From assembly GCA_965202585.1 (NCBI GenBank), contig OZ241826.1, positions 36,766,001 to 36,830,000 on the forward strand: a DNA stretch of 64,000 nt. The letters run 5' to 3'. Position 1 is the first letter of the stretch; every line of letters begins with the position of its first letter. Made by a program: the position numbers and the translations under genes. Of the stretch, positions 13,160-28,025 are shown in pieces. This DNA comes from Thalia democratica (lineage: Eukaryota). The notes under the pieces were generated by a model. It ran no database searches and had not been told where the DNA came from. It saw nothing but the letters and a program-made list of their open reading frames with translations.

Positions 13160-15582
13160 TAGAGGGTTGTCTTAATCATCCAAAAGTTTGGGATCCGGCT
13201 GTATCCGAATTCAAACTATGTTTTGAAACTCGGATTCGACGGATCTTGATACTTATCTTATTTCGAAATTTGGACCTGGCCGGATTCAAATCCGAATCAA
13301 ATATTTTCGTAATTGGAATCCTAAATATATATTTTGCTTATAATGTTAATTTAATACAGTTTAAAAAAATTAATTATGTGTTATATTATTACCTATTTAG
13401 TAAAAGTAAGTTCAAACAATACTTTTAACATGTTAATTATTCCTTTTGTTTTGTAAAAGTAATTTATCTTTAGTGAAACTAATAAACAAACGTCTTGCTA
13501 AAAAGAATAAAAACATTAAGCTACATACACAAAAACCAAGTTTAAATATGTTTATATGCATGCAAACAACATTAACAACTAACTGTTATTTTGTTCTTTG
13601 TATTATATAAAATGAATAAATTATCGACTTTCATAAATGCTTAAGGCAGAAAAAAAAAACTAAGTTAAAAGATTTTACGTTTCACTTTAAATTAAGTTTT
13701 TACTTTTTTGTACATGAATAAGAACATTAGCTTTCGCAAGTAGTTTTAATTTTAAAACAAAGTACAAACGAAAATGATATTAAGCCATAGTAAATCAAAT
13801 ATAGTATCAAATCAACTATAGTAAAGGCCTACTAAAAGAAAATAAACTACAATTGTAAAAAAAGAATTGAGTTCGACTTTCAGATTACAATTTTATACAA
13901 AAATAATTATAAATTAAGTTAAGAAATTATTTAAAAACACAAAACGAACTACAATCGCAAAAATTATCTGTATATTCTTAGTATACTACAAAATACAGTC
14001 TATCTTTTTTAATTTGTGGCAGAGGTAAAAAAGGTTTTCTCTAGTCTTTGGAAGCAATCAATTTCGCTTTGCGAAAAAAATACCTGCTTCAGAAAAAATC
14101 CTTTCAAAAAAAAAAAAAACAGAAGATTTGGTGCAGAAAGATACTTTCTTTTAAAACTGGCAAGATGTGTGAAAATTGTTTTGTTCACGTTTCACCAATT
14201 TAATACATTAGCCTTCTCAATTTCTGCATTAAAATTTACTTTAGCAAAGGAGCCCTTAATTTCTGCTAAATTCTTGCATCAATAGATTTGTTTTGCTTGT
14301 TTTTCTGTGTAGCTATGTTTTATTTTGTTTTAACTGAAGACTAGTAAGTTGAAAACTTCTTTGGATCAAAATTTCCAGAAGGTTGTAGCTTTGGTTTCTC
14401 TGATTGCATTATAGGAAAATCACCACTTCAATCATTCTCACTATAGATACGCATTTTAACATATGATATTAGCAGATCTTTAGCGATTTTTGTGAGGTAT
14501 GGAGGAAATCAAAAAGTCAATAATTTAGATCAACAGTTTTTTTAATAACAGTAATTTGTTGTTAATCAGGTCTGAGTTGTTATTGTCAAAGAACCTTTAT
14601 TCGCAAGCCTTTAATTTATTTTGAGTAAAGTTTTACGAAAAATTGTACTTCTTCTAAGCTTCCATGTAAGTTGATAAAACTCGTCAGCGATAAAGCATGC
14701 GGTGTAGAATGCTCGAATCTAAAGCTTCGAGCTGTAGAATGATGTGATTAATCTAATACCATTCTTCAGCTGTAATAATCAAACTAAAATCGTATTTTTA
14801 GTTAGCCACATGATGATGGACATTTGATTTTAGCTTTTCTAGCCTTTTCAGCATAAGGTAAGTTGAGTTTTACCTTGTATCCACATCTTGAACAAGAAGT
14901 AAGGCTTTTTGCTTTGTTAGTGCTGAATTAAAATATATTTGGGTTTTTTAGCGTTACACACGTTTTAAAATAGGATTTCCTAAAGTGAGAAAAGGTAATA
15001 AGCAGTAAAAGGGGGCCATAAAGTCATAATTTGAAACTTACACTAGATATTCTGGAAATGATAAACAGCGAAAAAAAAAATCAATGGTCGATTTTGAGAA
15101 ATTTTGTCGGAGGGGGTCATAGCTTTTTTAATTTCTTTTGCTTTAGAAAGGTAGCTGAACGAGCAAACTTTTGTACTTTTGCTACTACCAGATTTATACT
15201 AATATCCACAAATAATGAATATTAATGGCTTGCTGAAGCGTATGGATGGTAGTGCGAGGTTTTTAACATTTTTAGCTTATTATTGAGTGCATTGCTTGAC
15301 AAACACATGAAGAACTTAATAGATGATATTCAAACCGCTCAAACCAAACCGATCAAGGTTATCTTTTAACTTAAAATTTTGTATAATTAAAAAAGCTTAA
15401 AGTTAATTATCCGTTCTAATTTTATTTTAGAATTATCATCATGCCAGATCTAAATCCAAATATTAATTCAAAGCTGTTTCTTTATTATATGAATCTTATT
15501 TTGAAATTAAGATTAGGCCACATCTGATTCTTAATCCAAAAACGGCTTTCAAACCCGAATCTTAGGTTTTGGTAGATCACTA
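13160..15582 (-). mobile_element. Degenerate, internally deleted hAT element of the Ac/ZBED1-ZBED4 type
   Basis: Minus-strand relics in order: HTLQQAIN (15221-15244), LVQDVDTR*NSTYLMLKRL (~14836-14898; the Trp codon is now TAA), and the dimerisation domain LNW*NVNKTIFTHLASFKRKYLSAP...ERIFSEAG...KRN*LLP (~14040-14210). CCGAAT/GGATTC-type subterminal repeats occur at both ends (13190-13320, 15440-15565), with a TAGTGATCTACC-like end at 15582. The left boundary is approximate, and ~14960-15135 looks like an unrelated insertion. Confidence 0.85.
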
Positions 15583-16013
15583 ATTTGTGTGATATAGACA
15601 ACATTTATACGATACAAACTTAAAAATATAATATTTGTATTGTGGTTTATAAAGATAAATAGCTGCTTTCATTATTTTTTTCGATACACATTTTAACTAT
15701 AAAACTTGAGAGATGTTTGTTTAATTTTTATTAGGTTAAAAAGTTCTAGCGTTTTACTGAAGTTTAACCGTTAATAGCATTTTATATTAGAAAAAAAAAT
15801 CTAACATCATTTATCTATATTTAAATTTTGAAGTATACTAGTAATATAACTACTTTTATTCACTCTACTCATTGAAGTGCTTTTAAAAATAAAAACTTTC
15901 TTTTAGCCTAATGCTATTATAGATAGACTATAGAGTCATTTACCTTTGAATTGTACCCCAAAATGCTTGTAAGTCATTGTTTTTTTATTTTAAGCAACAA
16001 ACTCATTTTAGAA

Positions 16014-16276
16014 CAGAGGTTCCGGAACTTTTTTCAAATGGCCCCCTTTAATGGAATCAAAAAAGTCATGGTCTCTCCAACAAAACACGTCAAAAAGTTA
16101 CTTATTTTTTGCTCTTCATTTGCAACAAAAATCTAGTGTAAAATATTCATTAGTCAAAGTAAAACTTTTATGACTGCAAATATGTTAAAACCTACTTCCG
16201 CACCTTTACTAGTTATTGCCCCTGTCTTACTAAAACTGCCCCCAGGGGGCGGTATTGCTCACTTTTTGAAACTTTG
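16014..16276. mobile_element. hAT (Buster/Charlie-type) MITE with perfect 8-bp TSD
   Basis: Starts CAGAGGTTCCGGAACTTTTT and ends ...CACTTTTTGAAACTTTG (degenerate TIR). It is flanked on both sides by TTTTAGAA (16006-16013, 16277-16284); the central TA matches the Buster NNNTANNN preference. Confidence 0.8.
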
Positions 16277-19200
16277 TTTTAGAAGCAATTTTGATTTTAA
16301 TTTATACCGAAATTAAACATACATATATATTTGGTAATAAAGTGTGCTGAGTACAAACTAATGTGAACTTTAGTATTAAAGATTATTGGAGCTTTTTGCT
16401 ATACAGTATAAAAATGAATTAACGGCTTTTAAACGACAGATTTGAAAACTTTCTGAGTTGCTTTTTTAATATCAAAATAGTTTTAGTAGTAATTTGTCTT
16501 AAATGTCAGTAAATACTACACAGATAGAAAACTTAAAATCCTAAAAATAACTATGTCTATACTAATCTTATCAAAATCATTGAAATTTGAAAAAAAAATT
16601 ATTCATAGTTACTAGGGCTTCCTGAAAAGTTTAATTAGTTCTTTTAAAAATCGTAACAAATTAAGATCCTAGTTCATGAACGAGTATTTGTATGTTTTAT
16701 TGATAGCTAGCGCAGGTAAAACTAATAACTAGCAATCTTTCATACAAGAGATTAAATTAAGAGGTTCTAACTGTAAATATAGGTAAAGCTTAAAAATATT
16801 ACTAAAACTCATATATTCAGACATACTTGTAAGCTAAGAATTTTAGCACAGTATGTAACATTCATTTTTAATATTGAATTGTGATATAATAAAATAATTT
16901 TATAAATATAATCTTATTAAAAGCATTCAAGTTTAATTTTAGAGCAAATTAATCTTTAAAATTAGTAATTAGTATGTTTTTCATTTAACAGTGCTTTAAA
17001 AAAAAGTGCAACTTCCAATAAATTTCACTGCTTTTTATTAACTTGAAATTTTTACTATACTTTATGAATAAAATATGAAGTATAAAAAGTATCTATTAAA
17101 AAGGTTTCATAAAAGTTTTCTATTCTAAACAAGGATATTTAGTCCTACCGGGCAACATTGTACCCATTTTAACAATTCAAACAAGTGTTAAATATATACT
17201 TATTTGTATAACTTTTTTTTGCGAATATATGAATTTAAAAAGAACAGTACATATGTTTCATAAAAACTATAAAATTTTAAACTCAAATATTTGCAATAAA
17301 CTATTTAAAAGTCCTTTTAGTGGGTGCAGTGGAAGGTGATTTAGTTTATCTAAACTTTTTATTTTCAATATATATGCATATATAGTATTTTGAACGACAA
17401 AAAAGCGCTCAAAATAGTTTTTACGACCTTAAATCTGAAAAATATTATACTTTATAAAACTCTTATTTAAACTTTTTATAACAAAAAAAAGACATTTCTG
17501 ATAGATTTTAAATGCTGGCCGCGAAGAAAAGTTTTCATTATAAAACGCCCTTAACTCGTTAAAGCCTGCCAAGTCCTGATCAAAGCGTCTTTTATTTTGA
17601 AATTTCATAAAGTTATAAACTAACTTATCTTTTAGAAAATTTGTAGATTTGCTAGTTTAAGAAATGAGAAAACTCCATAAGTTTTATTAATGAAAGCATT
17701 AGGTTTTAAGTTTAGAAACTATAGATTAAAATTGCTTTTGCTAAACAAAAGTTAACGTCTTACAATAAAACTTTTATTGTAGCTTCTTGAATGGTACTTA
17801 AGTGATTTATTGTGAGAGTAAAACTAAATTACTTTAAATAAAATTTAGAGGTAGTTTGACGTTTTTTAATTTATCATACAGAAATTTCATTCAGAACTAG
17901 TCCAAAAAATAATTTTAAGCACAAATTTGTATCTATAAACCTAGCTTAAAAATAATTATTGTACTTAAAAGTTAAGTATTATTCTTTAACGTAACTTCAA
18001 ATCCTTTCAATGCTACTAAAACTAATATACACTAAATTTAATGTATATTTACTTAAATAGCTAGTAAATTCTTCACAGAACTATCAAAAATCCCTTCTGT
18101 AAGTAGAGTCTAAAATACTTAAGGTTTTACTGTTTAACTAGTTCTCTTCTATTAAAACTTATTGATGATCGTTAACTTATAGTATTATAAGCTTAATATT
18201 CAAAAGAGATTCTTTAATTTATGTTATAATTAGTTTTTTAAACTACTGTTTTCTTTATTTTTTAAGTCTCAATGTTCATTAAGATATAGTTGAGAATATT
18301 TTTTTGACAAATTAATTAAATCTTTATTTTTAGATATGAAGTATGAACTCTTTAAATATATTATTAAATTCTAAAGAATTTTTAGTGTGCAATAATTAAT
18401 CATAAGAATTATGTATGAGTAAAACTGTTTAGTTTACTAAATAAAAAAGGTTAATAACATTTACTAAATTATAAAAAGCTTTCAAAATAAATCTTAATTT
18501 AAATAAAATATTAAACGGCTAAAATTGATATAAACATAATGTAACACTAAATATTTACAGTTGTTTACTCTTAAATTTAATAACTATTGTATTTTAGGAT
18601 CTTTTTAGTTTCAAAAAAGTAAAAAAATTATAGAAAAATAAATGGACAGTTCTGAAATGTCTTTTTTATTTGTGCATTTGTGTATTCTAAACATAAATAC
18701 GTAACATTAACTTAGTGTTAAAACTTGAATTGAGTTAACAACTTTTAGCAATTGATCAAATGTATAAAATATAACTTGAAATCCAAATAAATTTAGAATT
18801 TACTACTAAAGAACGAATGTTCTTTGATGTTCAATTATAATGCATTTTACTGCATTGAAGAACAATAGAGAATTTTTATTGAAATTTATTACGATTTTTT
18901 TTAGAACTTCCAGTACGTCATGATAAATAAAAAAACAACTTTGTAAATTGATAATTCTGCAAACTTAAGCTTAAGAGATGAAAAAATTCTAAAACTAGTC
19001 TGCACACTATGCAGTTAATTTTAAATCTGAGGAAAAAGACAATGTAAGATTAACTGCCTTGATAAAAATTACAACATAAATTGCCTACAAAAGACAATTA
19101 ACGTTTTTTTATAGTTATAACTGATAAAAAGAGAGAATTAATTCGTTAACAACTTGAAGAAGGGATTAAAATATAAAGATACTGAAGTTAATAAAATGAA

Positions 19201-20739
19201 CTATAAAACTTTATTTTACTTGGTAACATATATAATATGTTATAGCAAAATTATAGAATTATAAGCAAAATTTTGGTAACAACTATGACCAGCTAGGTAA
19301 CAAACATTTTTAAACTTCACTTTTGGAGTATTCAGAAAATAGAAAAAGCTTTTGTAACTCCATGTATAAAAAATCAGATTTAAGAAATGTAATCTAGTTT
19401 GAACATAAAAAAGGTACTTTCATTAATCAAAGATATTGGTTAATTTGTACAAAAAGGAAGTATATTGGTACTTAAAAACATCTGAGGTTGTTATAGAACT
19501 TTAGTTTTTACTTTTTAATTAGACTTTTATTATTTATAAAATATATACTTCAAATACTTATAAGTTAATAGTTTGACATACCAGCCTTCATGAATCTGTG
19601 TTTGTTAAATTTAGTTTTTGTTTTGTTTTTGAATAACGATAAATGAGCACGAACTAAATTTATTTAAGTACTATATACACTTAATACTAAATTTCTTGTA
19701 TTAAAGTTATAGATTTTAAAGACTTTGGTTTCTTAAACTGTTTTGACTTTAGTGTTGAATAGATTTGAAAACTACTTATCTTTCTTTGTGAAGATCAATA
19801 GCTTTAACATTTTATATATGTCTCATATGTTCATTAATTCCTAATAAAATTAAATCTTAGGTATATATGTTTTGACAAGATTTATATAAAGTTCTCAAAT
19901 CAACCCAGGACACAGTAAATTTTTTACTTGAGGTTTTTCTTCTGCATCAATAGTTAGAAAAAAACTAACTATGGTTTGAAAAATCAAAAAATTCAAAACG
20001 CTTTCAGACAAAAGTCCGTCTTCAGTGAACTTATTATAAACTAGTAGAATGTTTTTAAATGTTATTTTTTCATTAACTTAAAACTAGTTCAAATTTGTTA
20101 TATTAAACGAAATGTATTTTAGTTTAGTATTTTCATTAAATTTTATCATAATTACTATAAGAATTTTCGAAACGTCATAAAGTTACATGCTAGAGTTTTT
20201 GAATTAATATTTTTACAAACTTATAGGGATAACAGGAAGTCTTACTGTTCTACATGTGTAGGCGGTTAGTTTTAAAGTAAAGCGATAAGAGATTATCACT
20301 GTCTCAAAAAATCGAAACGATCTACAAAATATGCTGAAATTAATTGTTGCGAATAATAGATTACTATAGACAAGTTAGAACTTAATTGCTCGGAGAAGAG
20401 GTTACGATATAAAGATACCGAAATAAAAAGTGTTGAGGCTGAATAACTTTGTCTGACTTTGGTTTTTTCAAGTACGCAGTATCTAAATAATAAAATTGGT
20501 AAGGAGGAGATAAATATTTTGAAGATTTTAGAAAAAAGAGAATTTTCATATGTACAAGTAATGAAAAGACACATTAAAAGGTAATTTATTCCATCATAAA
20601 TGAAATGTTATAGCATCATAAAATGCTTTTGGTTACAAAAAAAATCTAATGAGAATATAACTTTGATTTTTCTCTATGATATGGTAAACTAATTTCAACA
20701 AATTTTACCAACAACAAGTGACTACTGATCAGTAGAATA

Positions 20740-21700
20740 TTAATCACTTGCAGAAGGGATTACTGTATATGGGTACTGAAATCATAAGTGTGAATAATTT
20801 GTTTTTATAATGAAAAGTGATTGTTATACAACTTGCTATTTTTTTGCAAGCAATATTTCAATCACAACAACAGTTAACAAAGTGAGAAACAAATTTGCAA
20901 AGCTTTTAAAAAGAAAAGGTTTTTCTATCTGCCTGGATGACAAGTTAAAATTAAAAAAAAATTCCATTATAAACACACAAAAGTTAGTTTGTTGAAAATG
21001 ATGATCTCGGTTTAATTTATTAAAAAAAAAGGAAACTTATAAACTTTTACTGTTTATAAAAGAAGTGCTTCAAATCTCATAATCAAATACTATGTTGACA
21101 TCAACCTTAGTAAGTCTTAGTAAATTTGTCTTTCAATGTTTGGCTTGTTACATTTTTAAAGATATATCAATTTAGAATTTTAAATAAATTTTATCACAAC
21201 TGTTAATTTTTCATTTTGAAACGACATAAAGTAACACATTGAAACTTTTTTACTAATTATTTTTAAAACTTATTAGTTGAAAAAGTTTCAGTATTCTAAA
21301 TGTGTTGATAGTTGTTTTCGCGGACTGATAAAACAATTTTATGCTTAATACAAAAAATGCGATTGGTCGAGAAAATAGTATTAAAATATTTTTTAAAGTA
21401 GATAATAATAATAAATGAAGTACTTGTGGGAAGAATTGGAACATAAAAATAATTGAAAAAGTCTGTTTTATACATGAAAAATGATTATTATACGACTATG
21501 CATGACTTTACATTAATGAATGAATTAGTTACCAAGGTAAAAAAAAACTTTTAAATTCAACTAAACTTGGATTGAATATTTGATTTTGGATGTTTCAGAA
21601 AAAGAAATAGTTTCGTATCCGCAAGTATGACAAGTAAAAATTTTTTAAAGTTGGTCATTATAAAAACATAGAAATCAGCTTCTTAAAAACGATGATTGTG
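20740..21700 (+). mobile_element. Highly degenerate hAT transposase fossil, similar in type to the intact gene at 52498-58555
   Basis: AEGITVY (from 20750), KSDCYTTC (ORF 20810), FSICLDD (20921-20941, first catalytic Asp motif) and IVVFAD (21308-21325, second Asp motif) occur in the correct order and spacing. Many stops. Confidence 0.5.
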
Positions 21701-21783
21701 GATGAATCCACTAGGAAAATCGAAAGAAACTAAAACCTCGATATTTATCTAAAAAGATTTGAATGATTTCAAAGTTATTTTTG

Positions 21784-22174
21784 AAATACGAAATATTTAG
21801 TTAAATTTTTAATAGTCTTTGAAGTAAGAGTTTGAAACATTTTAAAAGTTTTGTACGAAATATTTAGTTAAATTTTTAATAGTCTTTGAAGTAAGAGTTT
21901 GAAACATTTTAAAAGTTTTGTAGATATAATTTTTTGTTATGCTGTATTATTTACTCACAAATTATGTTTCAAAGTTTAAACCTTAGAAAATATAATTTAA
22001 GACTGTTAAAATACGAAATATTTAGTTAAATTTTTAATAGTCTTTGAAGTAAGAGTTTGAAACATTTTAAAAGTTTTGTAGATATAATTTTTTGTTATGC
22101 TGTATTATTTACTCACAAATTATGTTCCAAAGTTTAAACCTTAGAAAATATAATTTAAGACTGTTAAACTACGA
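21784..22174. repeat. Recent compound tandem duplication with A-A-B-A-B structure (A about 67 bp, A+B about 158 bp)
   Basis: TACGAAATATTTAGTTAAATTTTTAATAGTCTTTGAAGTAAGAG begins at 21787, 21854 and 22012. The B unit (TAGATATAATT...GACTGTTAAA) occurs twice with 2-3 differences. Confidence 0.95.
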
Positions 22175-22289
22175 TTGGTTATAAGAATAGTACATTTTGT
22201 TTTAAAGTTTTAAACAGCAAACCTCTTGCTGTCTTCATTAAATTTATGTTTTTAAAACAATTTAAAAAACAAAGGTTATTTCTTTTAAA

Positions 22290-22396
22290 GTCCTGGACAT
22301 GACATTAAACTGTTCTGGTGTACTACTTAATAAACAAACAGTATTTCGTACACTAGGTCTTTGAACCAACTTTTAGCTTATTTTTGCCGTTCAATA
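22290..22396 (+). repeat. ~110-bp dispersed repeat, copy 1 (unassigned, SINE- or LINE-tail-like)
   Basis: GTCCTGGACATGACATTAAACTG...CACTAGGTCTTTGAACCAA...CGTTCAATAAAC; homologous to 25924-26039 (-) and 33018-33127 (+). Confidence 0.7.
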
Positions 22397-23269
22397 AACA
22401 ATACTTTTAAGCATATATATTGAACACACCTAAACAAAATCAACTCTGCGCATTAAAATTTGATATAGTCCAAAAACAAACTCGGTTAATATTGACTAAA
22501 AATAACATTTAAACAACTATATTACGTCTTAGCAAAAGTAGAAAAAGTTAATAAAAAAAGAACTAACTGTATCAAAGTGTAAAAGTTTAGCTAACATTTA
22601 TAAAGTGTTTTTTACCTTCAGAATAAAATTTTTATCAGTTATATATTACTTATTACATTTACTAGGGATCTGCTAACTGCAACTAGCAAGATAAATGCCA
22701 CCCGTCAATAAAATGGTTCAATTTCTAACGTGGTTTCAGCTTTTTTATAGTATAAGTTTACAAATATATACTATTTTGCTTTTGATTGAAACAGTTCAAA
22801 AATATTATGACCCGCAAAAGTTTCTTTTTTCTGCTGGCTGCAAAGAGCTTTTTTTTATCAAAACTGGTTCTTACCTCATTAAATGCTGCCAATTGCTAGT
22901 ACATATCTTTTGTTATTACTGAGAAAATGAGAAAACGACTCAAATTGAAAAAATTATATCAAACTTTACAGACTATTCTCAAATATAAGTGATCCATTAA
23001 TTTTGAAGTAAAAGTATGAAAATAAGTATTTTAATGATATGGTAGTTTTTAGTTTTATTTTAAATCTTACTAAAAATATTTAATTTACAGTACTTAATTT
23101 TCTCTAGTTGCTAGTATATATTTTAGTTTCATACAGAATTGAAAATGTTTGTTTTAAAATAAACGAAAGATCTCTTCAAAGTGCTTATAAAAGACTGTGA
23201 CTGATTTTTTATGATGGTTCTAACCATTTTTTATTTTTGTTTTTCTAAAATTCAATCCTGTCCGGTCTT

Positions 23270-23610
23270 TAAAATCAAAAGAGGAAGACTACCTTCATCT
23301 CATTTTAATTTATTACCAAAAAGCGTATTTAGAGTTTTATGTGCAATTATTGTTCATTTTGTACAACTTTTCACTAAAATCTTTTTAAAAATTTTGAGCA
23401 TATTCAAAACGTCATAAAAAAACAAATTGATATTTTTGTAAACTAAAGAGGTACAAAAAAATCTTGCTGTGGTAAAAGCTGTTTAGTTATAAAAGAGAGC
23501 AATAAGAGATGCTCACTTCATTGTTGCAAACTATGACACAAATGGAGAATAAAGGATTACAAAATGAGACTTTTTACAGATAGCAGATAACTATAGAAGA
23601 GTAAAATAGT
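23270..23610 (+). mobile_element. Possible C-terminal relic of a hATm/hATw-like transposase
   Basis: NLAVVKAV*L*KRAIRDA (from 23460) and FLQIADNYRR (~23570-23600) resemble the VVNDxAERxI...LLQxVExxR motif I recall for this group. Very decayed. Confidence 0.35.
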
Positions 23611-25923
23611 TTATCACTTGGAAATAGGATTAGAATACAAAGATACTGAAATTTAAGAAAAAAAATCATTTCTTGCTAGATCTTTTTCGAGAATGTAAAG
23701 ATTATGTAAAATTGACAAAAGTTTTGCACTTTCGGATTAATCAGAAGATTATTTGTTTTTGTATTCGAATGAATTAAAAATAAAGTTTGAAAAAATTTAA
23801 GTACAAACACAAAAAAGTCAGCTTTTTAGGTTGATAATATATGTTGAAAAAAAATTTAAAGAAACTCTAGAAGGAATTGAAAAGAGTCAGAGGTTATTTT
23901 AGAATTATTGATTCTATACTGAAACTTTGATTAGTTTTGTTTATATTAGTTAAACATCTCTTAAATAAAGAATTTTTCGGTATCAGGTGTTATTGGTCTG
24001 TATTCTTACTTTCTATTTCAATTTTATTTTAAATATAAATGAACACAAACTTAAACTACTAGAGTTTTAGAGATACAAAAGTTTAATGTTTTAACATATA
24101 AATTGCAATTTCAAAATGATTTGGTTTCTAGAGTATGTTTGTAGATTTTAAATAAATTTTAAAAAAATTATCACTTTTTATGAAATTCAAGACTAATATA
24201 ATAGATATACTAGTTCTATTTGTTGTATATTTTTATTAGTTCTTAATTTAATCAAGTCTTTGCTATATTTGTCTATCATTTGCTATATATTTGGCTATAA
24301 GTTTAGTTAAGAGTTTTTAATACGTCATAAATCAACATACCAAAATTTAAATTTAATTTTATTAAAAAATTGAGTTTATAATTTTGGAAAGTTAAAAAAA
24401 TTCCATCTAAATGTGCAGGTAGCTGTTTTATTATTAGGTAAAAAGTTTAGCAATTTGAGAAAGGGTAAATTGGCACTGAAAGCAAAGACGAATTTTGTTT
24501 AAAAATTTAAGTGAAATTATTAAAAGGATAAGTGATAGTTTATTCATACTACCATGCTGATCAATAGTATCTTTAAAGCTAAGCTAGCAAGGCGACAAAA
24601 AACTCTGTAGGTACGTGATTTTTGTCTGAAAAACAAACTGTTTTGTACCTGCAACAATAATAACTAAAAGAATTAAAATCCTCAGTATAAAAATAAAAAA
24701 AGTATATTTTTCAAACAATAATTTTGGATGAATTCATAAAAAAAAAAAAATAAAGCAAAATTTCGATACTTCTCAGGAAAGTATTTAATAAACTTCAAAA
24801 TTATTTTCGAATTCTTTACCATATAATTAAATTTTTAATATTGTTGAAAAAAAATTTGAAATGTTTGAAAAATTTAGGTGGATATAACTTTTAATTTTTC
24901 TATAAATTTTATTTATAAATTATTATTTCAACATTTAAGTTATAATAAAGTTAACTAAATAATGTTAGAATACTAGCGATATCAAAGATCGAATATTTTG
25001 TTTTAAAATTTTAAACAGAAAACCTCTGCCCTCTTTAAAAAGATAAATTTTTTGAAAGGTTAAAAAATAATTGTTGTTCTTTTTTAACTAAAATCAACAC
25101 AGTTATTGAAGAAAAAACCTATTGAGCTCATTAGTTTCCTTTTTAGTTTAAAATATATTCTGTTTATTTTACATTTTTACCAGTTTTTTATAACATTTAA
25201 AGACATTTTAAGTACTGTTTGAAGTATAAAGGTAGCTTTTTAGATTAAACTAGCCTTTTTTAAACCCTATAAAAATGTTAAGTTTTTGAATATATTCTAA
25301 ATATCTAATGAAACCATAAGCCTAATAACACATATGTAAGTAGTTGTTTTTTTGATACCAAAGTTTCTAAGCAAAAACAATAAACGAAGTGAGATTTGTA
25401 ATCGTCATTGATTAAAAAAAAAATATACAAAAATAAAATATTATTTTTTCATCAAACTTATTAAACTTTTAAGGAGTTTTATTATTGATACATTATAAAA
25501 AATTACATTCTCTTCAGCAAGCAATGAATACAAAATTAAAAGTTAGATTATTTTTTTTAATAATAGTGTAGCTACATAATCGTAAAAATGTTTATTAAAC
25601 ATTTTTTAAGATTCCAAACTATTTCAAACCACTGTTAAACATTTTTTTGATATTCTTTAATGTTCAGCTGAAAGTAATTATTTTTTTAAACTTTTGTTGA
25701 TTAGGATAACTCTTATTATTAAAACCTTAATTAAACAATAGAAACATTTTATTCTGTTTAAGGATTATAGGAATGTTTACAGTCGACTGGTTCGTTATGA
25801 ATTAAAATATATTTAAGTTTAAAACAAACATTAAAAGAAGTAGTAGTTACAGATTTTTCAGTATAGTTTAAAGTTTTAAGTAAAATTTTTTAAAGAAATG
25901 CGAATCTAGGATAAGTATTTAGT

Positions 25924-26039
25924 TTATTGAGCGACTAAAAAATCGTTCAAAATATTTTGTCCTAGGACTTGGTGCACAAAGAACCTTTTATGTTATTGAG
26001 TCGCACACCACGGATACCTTTTAACGTCTTGTCCAGAAC
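25924..26039 (-). repeat. ~110-bp dispersed repeat, copy 2
   Basis: Reverse complement reads GTTCTGGACAAGACGTTAAAAGGTATCCGTGGTGTGCGACTCAATAAC...GCACCAAGTCCTAGGACAAAATATTTT...CGCTCAATAAAC. Confidence 0.7.
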
Positions 26040-28025
26040 TGTTCATATTGTGTAAGCACTGTTCATATTGAATTTTTTTGTAAAACTTATTTGTTCTATG
26101 TCGTTAAAGCTGCGATTTGTTCAAAAATGTTAATGAACAAACTGTATTTTAAACATAAAAACAAAAAGTGTAGTTGCTGCTTTTATATTGATATTATGTT
26201 TGTTTCTACTACTGTTATTAACAAATATGTTTTTATTATTTGATTATTATCAATATTGTTAAAGACAATTTCAAGTTATATACTATAACTTTATTAAATA
26301 GTTTAAAGGTAAAAATAAATTTATTAAAATGAAATAACAGACTAAAATTAAGATTAAAATTATACTATTCAAAGAAAAAAATCCAAAATATTTAATTCAG
26401 TGCATAACAGTTCTTTTATTTTCTGTGTTTAACAAAAATTAACGTAAATTAACAAATTTGAATTTAAACTTTTAACAAAAAAAAATTTAGTATTAATTAG
26501 ATAAAAAAGTTTTGATGACCAATTGTTGTTTTACAACCGTACTTTAATGTAAAACAAAAATTAAAAAAGTCTCTAAAATTTGTGTTTATCTTTAGTTTGT
26601 TTTATTAAGTGTTAATACTACTTTATGAAATAAAAAAATTAAAGCTTTTAAAATGTTAGTTTTGTTTTGAGCATAAAATTTATAAATATTTAATCCTGAA
26701 GGGTTAGAAAAGTAATTTAAGCGTTCTGTAGCTATCTTTAGTGAGCGTTTTGCTACAACATTTATACATGTTTTTTTTTTCATTTTATTGTTTTCCTTTG
26801 CTTTCATGTCAGTTAACAAATCAAAAGACTTATGTTAAATAGGTTAGCCAGTTATATATTTTTTTTTAGTAAACATGTTTTGTGCAATACTAGATTTCAA
26901 ATTAGCCTAACAATTATTTTGTGTTTAAGATAATATCAGAACAGTTTGAAAATGGGCTTCTAAAACCATTTTGTTTACTTTTTACTCAATTAATCTAGTA
27001 AACAACTAACTAGTTAGTTTTTATTTTAACTGTCATATGTCATTACTGTTTAGAAAAACTATTAACAATTAATTAAATTTATCACCTTTACATGCTTACA
27101 TATAGTTTTCTTACTTATAAATACTATCTTTAAAACTTTTATAAATATGTTATACAAGTAAAAACTACAAAAGTAAGTTTAAAACATTAAAGGGTACTTA
27201 CCTATTTTTGGAAACAACTTTATAAAATTAAGCCAGTAACGTATCAAAACACGGTTGTATTTTTCTTTAACAGTTAGAGGAATATAAAACTGTTTTTAAT
27301 ATTTTTATATATAGACAAATTGTTAATTTTCTTTTTATTGCTTGCAGTTTTATAACTTGAAAATATGCATGTACTTAGATTGTGTTAGTTTATCCATTGA
27401 ATATTAGTAAAATAAATTTAATTTTTATGTTTATCAGATGCAATTTAGCTTTGTCTGTCTTTAGTATAAAATATAAACTAATTATATTGCTATATTTTCA
27501 TTTTTTTGTTTTATTTTTACGATGGTCAAATGTTGTGCAGTTAGATTATTTTTTATTAAAGCATTTAAACTAAAAATTTTCAAAACATGCTAACTATAGC
27601 TATAAATAGTAAAATTATAACTTTTTACCGCTATAGCTAACTTTTATGATTAATATTTAGAAACTACTATAGGCCATTTCAATATAATTTTTTTCTTACA
27701 AGCTGTTTTATTCAATTTTTGACTTAATAACAATAACAAAAAATGCTTAAAATTTTAACTATATTACACAGACAAAATGTTAAAGAAACGTTTATAAATA
27801 AAGATTCAAAAGTAATTACGGCTTCAAGTTAAGCTTTGATGAGTATATAACTTTAATACTTCTATGTCAAAAAGTTAAAAACTTCCATTTTGGAAACATT
27901 GAAAGTTAGTTCTACTGGCTGATTATCATATCAAGTATTTTTGACCTCCTGTATAATGAAGGAAGCTGAAGTAAGTGGTGGATAATTTATGTCCAATTCA
28001 ACTTGTAAAAAAAAGTTAGCATGTT

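Noticed and set aside
17400-19500. Coding-like patches that may be another transposon fossil
   Set aside because: No motif could be assigned with confidence.
21784-22174. CRISPR array
   Set aside because: The units are plain tandem copies without unique spacers, there are no cas genes, and the context is eukaryotic. The same applies to the 17-bp repeats at 49012-49567.
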